Shown here: in pieces, positions 26,790-35,731 of the stretch | Numbering within the stretch: position 1 is the stretch's first letter | Layout: each line of letters opens with the position of its first letter | IMG/VR virus record: IMGVR_UViG_3300020336_000246 | Span: 1 to 64,000 of that record | Direction: 5' to 3' (one strand) | Length of the DNA: 64,000 nt | From: a virus | Lineage: Duplodnaviria > Caudoviricetes | Notes under the pieces: model-generated | Told to the model about the DNA's origin: nothing | What the model saw: only the letters and a program-made list of their open reading frames with translations | Databases searched by the model: none | Translations under genes and position numbers: made by a program

Positions 26790-27220
26790 TGTACGAATAC
26801 AAATGTAAAATACTTAGAGTAGTCGACGGCGACACAGTTGATATCGATATTGATCTGGGCTTTGGTATGTGGATGCACAAAGAACGAGTTCGAATGATGG
26901 GCATTGATACACCAGAGTCTAGAACAAGAGATAAAGTGGAGAAGAAATTTGGCTTGGCATCGAAAGCAAGACTTAAAGAACTATTACCAGTCGGATCGAA
27001 ACAACATCTTAAAACAGAAATTGACAGAAGCGGAGAAGATAAGAAAGGCAAGTTCGGAAGAATACTTGGAGACTTTATCGTCGACGAAAAGAGATGCACT
27101 GACATACTTGTTGAAGAAGGATATGCTGTAGTCTACACAGGCCAGAATAAAGACGATGTCGAACAGGCACACTTAAATAATAGAGAACTCTTAATAAAAG
27201 AAGGAAAGGTTACTCTATAA
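26789..27220 (+). CDS. Thermonuclease (SNase-like)
   Basis: RVVDGDTVD, RMMGIDTPE, GKFGRILG, EGYAVVY. Confidence 0.92.
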   Translation: MYEYKCKILRVVDGDTVDIDIDLGFGMWMHKERVRMMGIDTPESRTRDKVEKKFGLASKARLKELLPVGSKQHLKTEIDRSGEDKKGKFGRILGDFIVDEKRCTDILVEEGYAVVYTGQNKDDVEQAHLNNRELLIKEGKVTL

Positions 27221-27495
27221 TGTTAAAAGTACTTGTTGTCGTGCTTATGGCAGGCATCATGGAAAATGGTGGGAGAGATCTATATGTTTTCACGAAACCA
27301 ACTTTCACAACTATTGAATCCTGCAAAGAGTGGGCACAACAAAATCCAGACCAAGTCATTTGGACAGTAGCACAAGAATACGGACAACGACCTATTGAGA
27401 TGGTTTACTGCGTAGATGAAGAACAAGTTAAGAAGACAGTACCAGGATACGATCCTGAATCATACGAACCACCCAAAGTAGGCACATCAATTTAA
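27220..27495 (+). CDS. Secreted/membrane hypothetical protein
   Basis: Hydrophobic N-terminus, two Cys. Confidence 0.65.
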   Translation: MLKVLVVVLMAGIMENGGRDLYVFTKPTFTTIESCKEWAQQNPDQVIWTVAQEYGQRPIEMVYCVDEEQVKKTVPGYDPESYEPPKVGTSI

Positions 27496-27543
27496 TTTTC
27501 CAATTTAGTTGACACAGAGGCTTTTCTGTGTTACATTAATAAT

Positions 27544-27696
27544 ATGGAATTGCTACTAGGAATAATATCAGTAATTTTTGGCACAGTACTACTTGGCTAT
27601 TCAATGTCAATGCCAATAGATCACGAATGGTATGATCTTGTTATTATGTTTGGTGCGTTCTTTCTTGTAACCCCATTTTTACTTTCGAGGTCCTAA
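27544..27696 (+). CDS. Small two-TM protein (50 aa)
   Basis: After a TTGACA promoter; not in the track. Confidence 0.5.
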   Translation: MELLLGIISVIFGTVLLGYSMSMPIDHEWYDLVIMFGAFFLVTPFLLSRS

Positions 27697-27698
27697 CT

Positions 27699-28169
27699 AT
27701 GACAATGCATTTGGCACGTGGCTTAACTACTCTCAATACTAGTAGTCGTAAGTCTAAGATTAAACGTACGAAATCCAATTTAGAAAAATGGACTGTTCAA
27801 ATGCGAAAGCATAATAAACAGATGAAACAGATAGGATGTCATCATCACATAATGACACTTAACGACTATATCGATTACATTCACGGTCGTTACAAACCAA
27901 AACAAAAAACAACAACTACTATGAGTACTCCTTGGCATGACTCTGGTGTATATCGTAGAGAAGTAGAATTGGACAAGGCTCCTAGCCTTAGAACAGAACA
28001 ATCCTTTTCTGCTTGTACCAAAAAAGAACCAATGAGATACACAGGAGAACGTAAGCTAGTTGGTATTGCTATGATGCATAAATCCAATTTAGTTCCCGTA
28101 TTTGCTGACGATGATGACAAGACTGGTAGGAAACAAGCTACCGAAATATCTCAGATGAGAAGAAACTAA
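27699..28169 (+). CDS. Hypothetical basic protein
   Basis: ORF; MHKSNLVPVF motif. Confidence 0.75.
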   Translation: MTMHLARGLTTLNTSSRKSKIKRTKSNLEKWTVQMRKHNKQMKQIGCHHHIMTLNDYIDYIHGRYKPKQKTTTTMSTPWHDSGVYRREVELDKAPSLRTEQSFSACTKKEPMRYTGERKLVGIAMMHKSNLVPVFADDDDKTGRKQATEISQMRRN

Positions 28170-28251
28170 TTTTTGGTAAAATATAGGTTGACTAAAGCCA
28201 CATTCGGTGCTATAGTATATACATAATGAAGATAAACTTATGGAGGCTTTA

Positions 28252-28818
28252 ATGAAAGGCACAGTTAAAAATCTGACGTTAGTCGCAACAATGGCGATTA
28301 TGATGTCAGCTTGTTCTACAATGACCACAGTGGTCGAGAAACAACAAGACGTTGTACCTAATTGGTATATGAAATGTAAGGACACTGGAACTGAAGGTTG
28401 GTTTTGGTGGTCTAAGGATTACTACTATGCTTGTGGTAGTGGTGTAAGTGGATTTAAAGAAGCCGCTTATGATAAAGCTATTCAATTAGCAAAAACTAAA
28501 ATCGCTGACAGAATTAATGGTGCAGTGAACAAGCGAACAACTATTGAGTATAATGATAGTGGATCAGAAGAGAGTATGGTTTCTACTACACAATCTCAAG
28601 TATTGGTTGTAAACAAGATCACAGATACAGTAGTAAGACACTATTCATCTAATGAAGGATACTTGTATAAAAGAAATGGCAAGTACTATCATTTCATTAT
28701 GTTGAAACTTGATAAAGAAATTGTAGATCAACTTGTAGCAGAAGCACAAGGTGTGAGAGCTAACAAGAACAAAGTTGATACAAACTCTATCAATAAATCT
28801 GCTAAACAAATCGACTAG
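28252..28818 (+). CDS. Lipoprotein (LPP20-like)
   Basis: Signal peptide with lipobox MSAC; GGAGG SD. Confidence 0.7.
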   Translation: MKGTVKNLTLVATMAIMMSACSTMTTVVEKQQDVVPNWYMKCKDTGTEGWFWWSKDYYYACGSGVSGFKEAAYDKAIQLAKTKIADRINGAVNKRTTIEYNDSGSEESMVSTTQSQVLVVNKITDTVVRHYSSNEGYLYKRNGKYYHFIMLKLDKEIVDQLVAEAQGVRANKNKVDTNSINKSAKQID

Positions 28819-28827
28819 GAGGATCGT

Positions 28828-29172
28828 ATGAAACATCTTCTATACATAGTAGCTCTGGTTCTAGTATGCACAGGTTGTAGTGCTACAGGCAACAAGCTAA
28901 CCTTAGAAGAAAACGGTCACCAGTACTGCGATACGGAAAAGACCATTGTTGATAATAATGGTACTACCAATAGCAAACAAATCACAAAGTGTAGCGATGA
29001 TCCTGTAAAGAAGCTCTTACCACCTAAGATGGGTATGGGCAAACAATGTAGGGAACATTGGTACTCTGTTCACATAGGAGGCAAGATGGTTGAGAGAAAA
29101 GGCTATGCTTGTCTATTTGAAGGGAAGGATTATGAAAGTAGTAAATGGTATATTGTTACTAGCCCTTATTAG
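28828..29172 (+). CDS. Lipoprotein
   Basis: Lipobox CTGC; Cys-rich. Confidence 0.7.
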   Translation: MKHLLYIVALVLVCTGCSATGNKLTLEENGHQYCDTEKTIVDNNGTTNSKQITKCSDDPVKKLLPPKMGMGKQCREHWYSVHIGGKMVERKGYACLFEGKDYESSKWYIVTSPY

Positions 29173-29575
29173 TATATTAAGTGCTTGTGGCTCAACTAAA
29201 GGTGTACAGACGTACAATACTAGCGATACCGCAACTTCTAGTGTACAATCTTCCTATCAACCTAGTAACGGATATGTAGGTGTTATTGTTAACCTAACTA
29301 AATGGCATTGGTACAGATTACCTGCTAATGATAGAATGAAACAAGAACAAGCTATGTATTTCGCATTAGACAATAGTGAAAACGGACAGAGTACAAGTTG
29401 GTACAATAACGAAACAGGAACCAATGGTGAAGTGATTGTAGCAAGTACCTATCCAATGGGAAGTGGTTACTGTAGAGTGGTTATGTCTAAACTTAATTAT
29501 AAAGGTAAACTAAGACATTTTAAAGAAACTGCTTGTCGTGAAACTGGACATGAAGGTTGGCGTTTTATCAGATAG
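29132..29575 (+). CDS. Lipoprotein, 17-kDa surface-antigen-like
   Basis: Lipobox LSAC; ALDN..NG...WYN.ETG.NG...YCR pattern. Confidence 0.7.
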   Translation: MKVVNGILLLALISILSACGSTKGVQTYNTSDTATSSVQSSYQPSNGYVGVIVNLTKWHWYRLPANDRMKQEQAMYFALDNSENGQSTSWYNNETGTNGEVIVASTYPMGSGYCRVVMSKLNYKGKLRHFKETACRETGHEGWRFIR

Positions 29576-29642
29576 TTTAACTTCTTTCAAATGAGGTAAA
29601 AGTAAGCTAAATATGTTATACAAAGAGTACACAGGGAGCAGT

Positions 29643-31325
29643 ATGTTATTAGGAATATTGACATTTCTATCTGCACTAACTATTAGTGCGGTAGCTATAT
29701 ACTATTCGGTGGCAGGATTGGCGGCTATATTTGCCGCGGCTGTTATCCCGATTATCATTATGGGTGTGTCATTAGAAGTTGGAAAACTTGTAACGGCAGT
29801 ATGGTTGCACAGACATTGGAGTCGAGCTACATGGTGGCTTAAGACTTATCTGTCCGTTGCAGTATTTGTATTGATGTTTATAACGTCAATGGGAATCTTT
29901 GGTTTCCTATCTAAAGCCCACATAGAACAAACAAGTATGTCGCAAGAGCAAGTAGCTCTTATTGAAACTATCGACGATAAGATAGTACGATCAGAAGGTA
30001 AGATACTACGTTGGACTACAGAGATGGATCGCTTGTTAGCAGGTGAAGACATTCGTGTAGATAGTCTTATTGATCGTGAGCAAGTAGAACTAGACAAAAT
30101 TAATGCACTTATTAAAGCAGAGAAAGACGACATAAGAAAAGACTTTGATAAGCAAATAGAATTACAGAATCAAAGAATCATACAAGCAAAAGAACGTAAG
30201 GACGCAGATATACAAGCGGCCAAGGATAGATTTGAAGGATCCTTTGCTGGTGGTTCTAAGTATGACGAAGCAGTAGAAAAAGCAAAAGCAAATGAATTAA
30301 GTGTAGCAAGTTCGGCACAAAAAGAAATACGATCTATTAATAGCAAACTTAATGATGCACTTGCAACTGTAGATACAAAGTATGCTAGTGATATAAAAGC
30401 AATACAGGATAGAATACAGGACCTACGTGGACAAGCTAATGCTAAAACAGAAGACTTAGATGCTAGGGTTACAGAACTAGAAACATTCATTGATAAAGAA
30501 CAAACTGTAATTGACGGTGTTAGAGAAGAGAAGTTTGCATACGAAAAGACTTATAGAAAACTTGAAGCTGAAGTAGGACCTATTAAGTATATTGCTGAAT
30601 TCATATATGGTGAACAAGCAAATCAGAACTTACTAGAGTCAGCAGTACGTTGGGTAATCATAATTATTATCTTTGTGTTTGATCCATTAGCAGTATTACT
30701 ATTGATTGCTTCGCAGTATACATTCCAATTTGTAAGAGAGGATAGAGGGCCTAAGTTGCCCCCAAAGTCCGACCCGGATCCAGACGAGCCTGACGATCCG
30801 GTAGAAGAGAAGTTCGAAGATGTTAGTGAAGAAGAACTAGCAGAAGAAGAACAACGTGAGCTCGAACAACTTCGTGCAGAAAAGATAGCAAAGAACGTTC
30901 CTCCGACGGAGAACCCAGACAGGTTTGATCCAGATGAAGTAAAGTATGAGATGGACGATGTGCATGATAAAAAAGACGAAGAAGAAATGCGAATAGCACT
31001 AGAAAAAATTGATAGTGAAATTGCAAAAGAAAACCCACCTGAATACTTTGGCGAAGATGAATACGTTCCAAATGAAAACATTAAAGAAGAAGCTAAAGAT
31101 ATTGACAAATGGAATAAGTGGGTAGAGGCCGCTGAACAAGAAGTTGCTAAAGAAGATTCAAAAGAAATAACAGGTATTGGTGCTGTCAAAGGTTCATTTA
31201 AACAAGCAGAGGAAGAACTTCAAAAAAAAACTCTAGAAGGAACCAATTACATAACAAAGGTCAGCAACAAGCAACAACGCCAAACAACGAATCCGGAAGA
31301 CTCCGACCCGACTTCACAGAAGTAG
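29643..31325 (+). CDS. Membrane-anchored coiled-coil protein with acidic tail
   Basis: N-terminal TMs (LEVGKLV, MGIFGFLSKAH), long coiled coil, IFVFDPLAV TM, acidic C-terminus; A9 run at 31222-31230. Confidence 0.8.
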   Translation: MLLGILTFLSALTISAVAIYYSVAGLAAIFAAAVIPIIIMGVSLEVGKLVTAVWLHRHWSRATWWLKTYLSVAVFVLMFITSMGIFGFLSKAHIEQTSMSQEQVALIETIDDKIVRSEGKILRWTTEMDRLLAGEDIRVDSLIDREQVELDKINALIKAEKDDIRKDFDKQIELQNQRIIQAKERKDADIQAAKDRFEGSFAGGSKYDEAVEKAKANELSVASSAQKEIRSINSKLNDALATVDTKYASDIKAIQDRIQDLRGQANAKTEDLDARVTELETFIDKEQTVIDGVREEKFAYEKTYRKLEAEVGPIKYIAEFIYGEQANQNLLESAVRWVIIIIIFVFDPLAVLLLIASQYTFQFVREDRGPKLPPKSDPDPDEPDDPVEEKFEDVSEEELAEEEQRELEQLRAEKIAKNVPPTENPDRFDPDEVKYEMDDVHDKKDEEEMRIALEKIDSEIAKENPPEYFGEDEYVPNENIKEEAKDIDKWNKWVEAAEQEVAKEDSKEITGIGAVKGSFKQAEEELQKKTLEGTNYITKVSNKQQRQTTNPEDSDPTSQK

Positions 31326-31402
31326 TAGACCCAGAGAAATACGTTCAAAATCAAGAACAAAGTCAGAACTCCATTTGGAGTAAGATCCAGAAAAATAAGT
31401 AA
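31223..31402 (+). CDS. Possible -1 frame alternative C-terminus of the 29643 protein
   Basis: Open from the A9 run to TAA 31402, 4 nt before the next ATG; no start codon. Confidence 0.45.
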   Translation, partial: KKNSRRNQLHNKGQQQATTPNNESGRLRPDFTEVVDPEKYVQNQEQSQNSIWSKIQKNK

Positions 31403-31406
31403 TAGT

Positions 31407-31814
31407 ATGGAAGATCCAGTAATCAATTTAATCACGCCACCTGATAAGTTGTACAATGACAATAGAAGCTTTCTATTAATGAATCCTAGTGATATTGTTA
31501 AAGAACAATTTAATGAAATGGCAAAACAACTTGGTGAAAACTTGAACGTTTATCTGTTTGACCAAGATGAAGTACACGATGTAAATTGGTTATTAGATAT
31601 AGTAAATCAAGTAGGTACAATTATATTAGACGTAGACAATACTCGCAATGAGTATCAATGGCTTATTGGCTATCTTTTAAGTTTTGATAAAACTTATTAC
31701 TTGACAAAAGCCGACCAGATGTCGTATAATGTAATTAACACTCGAAGGATTTACGATGTGAGACAAATTGCAGAGGAGAACGATAGCTTTGTCAAAATTC
31801 AAGGAAAGACCTAA
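31407..31814 (+). CDS. Hypothetical protein
   Basis: INLITPPD motif. Confidence 0.75.
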   Translation: MEDPVINLITPPDKLYNDNRSFLLMNPSDIVKEQFNEMAKQLGENLNVYLFDQDEVHDVNWLLDIVNQVGTIILDVDNTRNEYQWLIGYLLSFDKTYYLTKADQMSYNVINTRRIYDVRQIAEENDSFVKIQGKT

Positions 31815-32025
31815 GAGTGGTCTTACTGTTTTAGTCCGCAACGGCGACTTTAATGGTGCATTGAGAAAATTTAAAAAACGGGTATCGCAGGAAGGTATAT
31901 TGATGGATTATAAAGCAAAACAATATTACGAAAAACCTAGCGAAAAAAGAGCAAGAGCAAAGGCGGCAGGTATTGCTCGACAGAAGAAAGAACTACGAAG
32001 ACGAATGTTGGAGGAAGGATTTTAA
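31789..32025 (+). CDS. rpsU: Ribosomal protein bS21 (copy 1)
   Basis: VRNGDFNGALRKFKK, YYEKPSEKR; TTG start after GGAG. Confidence 0.9.
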   Translation: MSKFKERPKSGLTVLVRNGDFNGALRKFKKRVSQEGILMDYKAKQYYEKPSEKRARAKAAGIARQKKELRRRMLEEGF

Positions 32026-32624
32026 TGGAACTTAAAGCGGATCTATGGTTTCCTAGTATTATATTTGCAGGCATAAACGATGTTATTGATCGTGGAGCCA
32101 TTAAGCAAATTGCACAGGCTTGGAGAAACAAAGAACCAGAACTTGCAGGTAATAGCAATGAAGGTGGTTGGCATAGTCGTTCAATCGAAAACATTGACAT
32201 ACTACCACCAGAGTTACAACAAGTTTTTAATACAATGGTTATTGAACTTGATAAAGCAGTTGAATCTTGTCGTAACAACATTGGCTTTCCTCCCTTAAAA
32301 TTACAAAACTTCTGGATTAACATTAATGGTCCAGGAGCATATCATACACTACACAATCATCAAGATGCTATGTTGAGTGGTGTGTTCTATATAGATATTC
32401 CAACAGAGAATATGGGTGACTTACAGTTTTATCGTGGAGATGAAGCACAATACTACATTCCAGATAACCTAAGCACATACAACACAATTACAAGTACTAT
32501 GGCTACATATCCACCTAAGCCAGGTATGGTTGTTATTTTCCCTTCATGGGTCAAACACGCAGTAAAACAAAATAGGTCGGATGCAGAGAGAATAGCAATA
32601 TCATTTAATTATGGAGCGAAATAA
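32025..32624 (+). CDS. 2OG-Fe(II) oxygenase-like protein (TIGR02466-type)
   Basis: WININ, HNH, LSGVFY, IFPSWVKH, RIAISFN. Confidence 0.85.
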   Translation: MELKADLWFPSIIFAGINDVIDRGAIKQIAQAWRNKEPELAGNSNEGGWHSRSIENIDILPPELQQVFNTMVIELDKAVESCRNNIGFPPLKLQNFWININGPGAYHTLHNHQDAMLSGVFYIDIPTENMGDLQFYRGDEAQYYIPDNLSTYNTITSTMATYPPKPGMVVIFPSWVKHAVKQNRSDAERIAISFNYGAK

Positions 32625-33670
32625 TGAGAATAGAACAAGACATTAAGTTGGACTACAAAGACGTACTGTTTAAACCTAAAAGATCAAAATTAGAAAGCAG
32701 ACGTGATGTCGACTTAACTCGAACGTTTAAGTTTCATTACGGTAATGAATGGACAGGTGTACCTATCATGTCAAGCAATATGGACGGTGTTGGTACATTC
32801 GCAATGGCAAAAGTATTACAGGATCACAAGATGATTACTGTAATGAGAAAACATTATTCAGTAGACGACTGGACTAAAAATGCTAAAGGTGTTAAGATGA
32901 AATACCTAAGTGTTTGTACAGGTACAGGAGTTATATGGGATCCTGATGCACCAGACTATGCTACAATGAAAGCAGTACTGGCAATGTATCCGGACATTAA
33001 GTTTATTACTGTTGATGTTGCTAATGCTTATCATGAAAACTATGCAGACTTTATTTCAAGAGTTAGAGATGCTTATCCTGACAAAACTATTATAGCTGGT
33101 AATGTTATATCAGCAGAGATGACAGAAGAACTTATTATCAAAGGTGCTGACATTGTTAAGTGTGGTATTGGTCCCGGATCAGTATGTACTACACGACTAA
33201 TGACAGGTGTTGGTGTTCCGCAACTATCAGGAATCATTGAGTGTGCTGATGCGGCCAACGGTATTGGTGGACACATTATTGCTGATGGCGGTTGTGTTTA
33301 TCCAGGAGATGTAAGTAAAGCCTTTGGAGCAGGAGCTCACTTTACAATGCTAGGCGGTATGTTAGCAGGACACGATGAAAGCGAAGGTGAAGTAGTAAAC
33401 GGCAAGATACAGTTCTATGGTATGAGTTCAGATGCGGCCATGGCAACACATGGTACTCGTAAAGATGGATATCGTGGAGCAGAAGGCAAGGTTGTTGAAC
33501 TTCCACACAAAGGCCCTGTTGAGAAAACTGTTATTGAAATACTTGGCGGACTAAGATCCACTTGCACATACATTGGTGCAAAACGTATTAAAGATATGCC
33601 TAAGTGTACAACGTTTGTAAGATGTACACAACAGGTTAATCAAGTGTTCAATCAGTTCAATGCAGATTAG
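32624..33670 (+). CDS. guaC: GMP reductase
   Basis: KLDYKDVL, DVANAY, CGIGPGSVCTTR, ADGGC, MLGGMLAGH, FYGMSS, GGLRSTCTY. Confidence 0.95.
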   Translation: MRIEQDIKLDYKDVLFKPKRSKLESRRDVDLTRTFKFHYGNEWTGVPIMSSNMDGVGTFAMAKVLQDHKMITVMRKHYSVDDWTKNAKGVKMKYLSVCTGTGVIWDPDAPDYATMKAVLAMYPDIKFITVDVANAYHENYADFISRVRDAYPDKTIIAGNVISAEMTEELIIKGADIVKCGIGPGSVCTTRLMTGVGVPQLSGIIECADAANGIGGHIIADGGCVYPGDVSKAFGAGAHFTMLGGMLAGHDESEGEVVNGKIQFYGMSSDAAMATHGTRKDGYRGAEGKVVELPHKGPVEKTVIEILGGLRSTCTYIGAKRIKDMPKCTTFVRCTQQVNQVFNQFNAD

Positions 33671-34214
33671 AACTAATCAGAAACCGTTCGTACACACTAT
33701 CATAGACGATTACTTTGACAAAGAAGAACTTCCTAGTGTATTTTCTGAAATAAAATATTTAAATCAACACGCCACTGACACAAAAGACAATGGCGATCCA
33801 AAGAGCAGTAACATGAATGCAGTTCATTTGGATAAGCACTACAAAGAAGAAAGACACGTAAGCAGTATTCTTAGATATAATAGAAAGATGTTTGATCTTG
33901 ACTTTTCAGAGAACATCTTTGCAAATTATATAAAGATGTGTAACTTTGATGTTACCCAACTTAACTGTTACAATGGAGATGGCAGTTATGATCTACATCC
34001 TGACCTCGGAGTAATGTCAGCAGTAACTTTATTGTACGAAGAGCCTAAGCAGTTTACAGGCGGAGAACTAGCTTTTTCGGACTACAACTATACTCCAGAA
34101 CTCAAAAACAACTCGCTAATACTATTTCCTAGCTTTATACAACACGAAGTAAAACACATTAAAGGAACAGGTCGATATAGCATAAATCACTTCTTTTTTA
34201 TCCATATTAGGTAG
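33660..34214 (+). CDS. 2OG-Fe(II) oxygenase (prolyl-hydroxylase-like)
   Basis: HPD, FTGGEL, FPSFIQHEV, RYSI. Confidence 0.85.
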   Translation: MQIRTNQKPFVHTIIDDYFDKEELPSVFSEIKYLNQHATDTKDNGDPKSSNMNAVHLDKHYKEERHVSSILRYNRKMFDLDFSENIFANYIKMCNFDVTQLNCYNGDGSYDLHPDLGVMSAVTLLYEEPKQFTGGELAFSDYNYTPELKNNSLILFPSFIQHEVKHIKGTGRYSINHFFFIHIR

Positions 34215-34347
34215 ATTTGGTTAGATTTATACTTGAAAATAGACCTATTTTAGCATATAATTTGTATAGTAGTATAAATACTAATATGTTAAAGAATGCT
34301 TGATAGGTTCTTTCAACATTTAACTTGCTTAATAAAGGAGAAACAAA

Positions 34348-34788
34348 ATGACAAGAAACCAACATCTATCAATTTTTAATCAACTAAGACCAGTAACAGT
34401 AGGGTTTGATCCTATCTTTGATCACTTCGAAAGAATGTTTGACAACGATACGTTAATGACACCATCTGTTAACTACCCACCTTACAATATTGTTAAAACA
34501 GGTGACTATACCTACAATATTGAAGTAGCCCTTGCAGGCTTCAACAAGAAGGATATTGAAGTTAAGTACGCAGATAATACTTTAGAAATCAAATCCATTC
34601 ATGAGAAGGAAGAAGCTAAAGAAGGAACACTACACCAAGGTATTAGCAAAAGACATTTTACTAGATCTTTTACTATTGCTGAAGATGTAGAAGTAAAAGG
34701 TGCAGAACTTAAAGACGGTCTTTTACAAGTTGAACTGGAAAAAATTATTCCAGAAAGCAAAAAACCAAGAACTATTAATATTAAGTAG
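34348..34788 (+). CDS. Small heat-shock protein Hsp20
   Basis: YPPYNIV, EVALAGF, HQGISKRHF, AELKDGLL; late promoter TATAAATA at 34273. Confidence 0.95.
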   Translation: MTRNQHLSIFNQLRPVTVGFDPIFDHFERMFDNDTLMTPSVNYPPYNIVKTGDYTYNIEVALAGFNKKDIEVKYADNTLEIKSIHEKEEAKEGTLHQGISKRHFTRSFTIAEDVEVKGAELKDGLLQVELEKIIPESKKPRTINIK

Positions 34789-34806
34789 TTCTAATAATAA
34801 ACCGAT

Positions 34807-34853
34807 AGGGAGGCTGAGATACTAGCCGCGAAAACGGGTATAAGCCTCCCTTT
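34807..34853 (+). terminator. Terminator-like hairpin with structured loop
   Basis: GGGAGGCT...AGCCTCCC-TTT. Confidence 0.6.
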
Positions 34854-34895
34854 CATTTACTATTGCATAGGAGTGGTACAATGATAAGTAATGTT

Positions 34896-35189
34896 ATGGA
34901 CGTACAAATAGACGAAAAGATTAAACAGAAGATTTTGGAGCCAGCACTATACAAGGTTGTGTTCCTTAATGACGATCTAACACCAATGGAATTTGTTATC
35001 GAATGTCTTGTAGGTATTTTCAAACATACTGATACAACCGCAAGAGACCTTACAGTAAAAATACACGAAGAAGGTTCAGCAATAGTAGGAGTATATACTT
35101 TTGAGATAGCAGAACAAAAAGGTATAGAAACAACTACTTTAGCTCGTACTAACGGATTTCCATTACAAGTTAAAGTGGAAAAAGAATGA
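34896..35189 (+). CDS. clpS: ClpS N-end-rule adaptor
   Basis: YKVVFLNDDLTPMEFV, IHEEG, EIAEQK, GFPLQ. Confidence 0.93.
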   Translation: MDVQIDEKIKQKILEPALYKVVFLNDDLTPMEFVIECLVGIFKHTDTTARDLTVKIHEEGSAIVGVYTFEIAEQKGIETTTLARTNGFPLQVKVEKE

Positions 35190-35731
35190 GCCTAAAAGAA
35201 TTAACTTACGAACATCATCGTAACGCAGAAAGACAACAATTTGTAAAGGTACTAATGAGTGGGAAAATAGATCCTAAACTCTATGCTACCTTTATGTACA
35301 ACCAACACCAACAGTATAATATATTAGAAGTTCATGCGATGGCACATGGATTGTTAAACGGTCTAATGGATATTAGACGAGCTCCTAATATATGGGCAGA
35401 CTACGAAGAATTATGGGAAGACCACGATAACCCACCACAACTATTATCAGTTACTAAAAAGTATGCCGATCATATTATGAGTATCAAAGAAGATTCTCAA
35501 AAACTGTTTGCTCATATGTATACAAGACACATGGGCGACCTAAGTGGTGGACAAATGATCCGTAAAAAGATTCCTGGAAGTGGCACACTATATGACTTTG
35601 AAGACGGTCCTGCTCTTAAAGAATTAATCAGAGAACGTCTAGACGATAGTATGGCCGATGAAGCAAAGATCTGTTTTGATTTTGCAACACAAACTTTTCA
35701 GGAACTAATGGATGTCTCAATCGACAGTTAA
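35186..35731 (+). CDS. hemO: Heme oxygenase
   Basis: LKELTYEHHRNAE, AHMYTRHMGDLSGGQMI, EAKICFDF. Confidence 0.92.
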   Translation: MSLKELTYEHHRNAERQQFVKVLMSGKIDPKLYATFMYNQHQQYNILEVHAMAHGLLNGLMDIRRAPNIWADYEELWEDHDNPPQLLSVTKKYADHIMSIKEDSQKLFAHMYTRHMGDLSGGQMIRKKIPGSGTLYDFEDGPALKELIRERLDDSMADEAKICFDFATQTFQELMDVSIDS

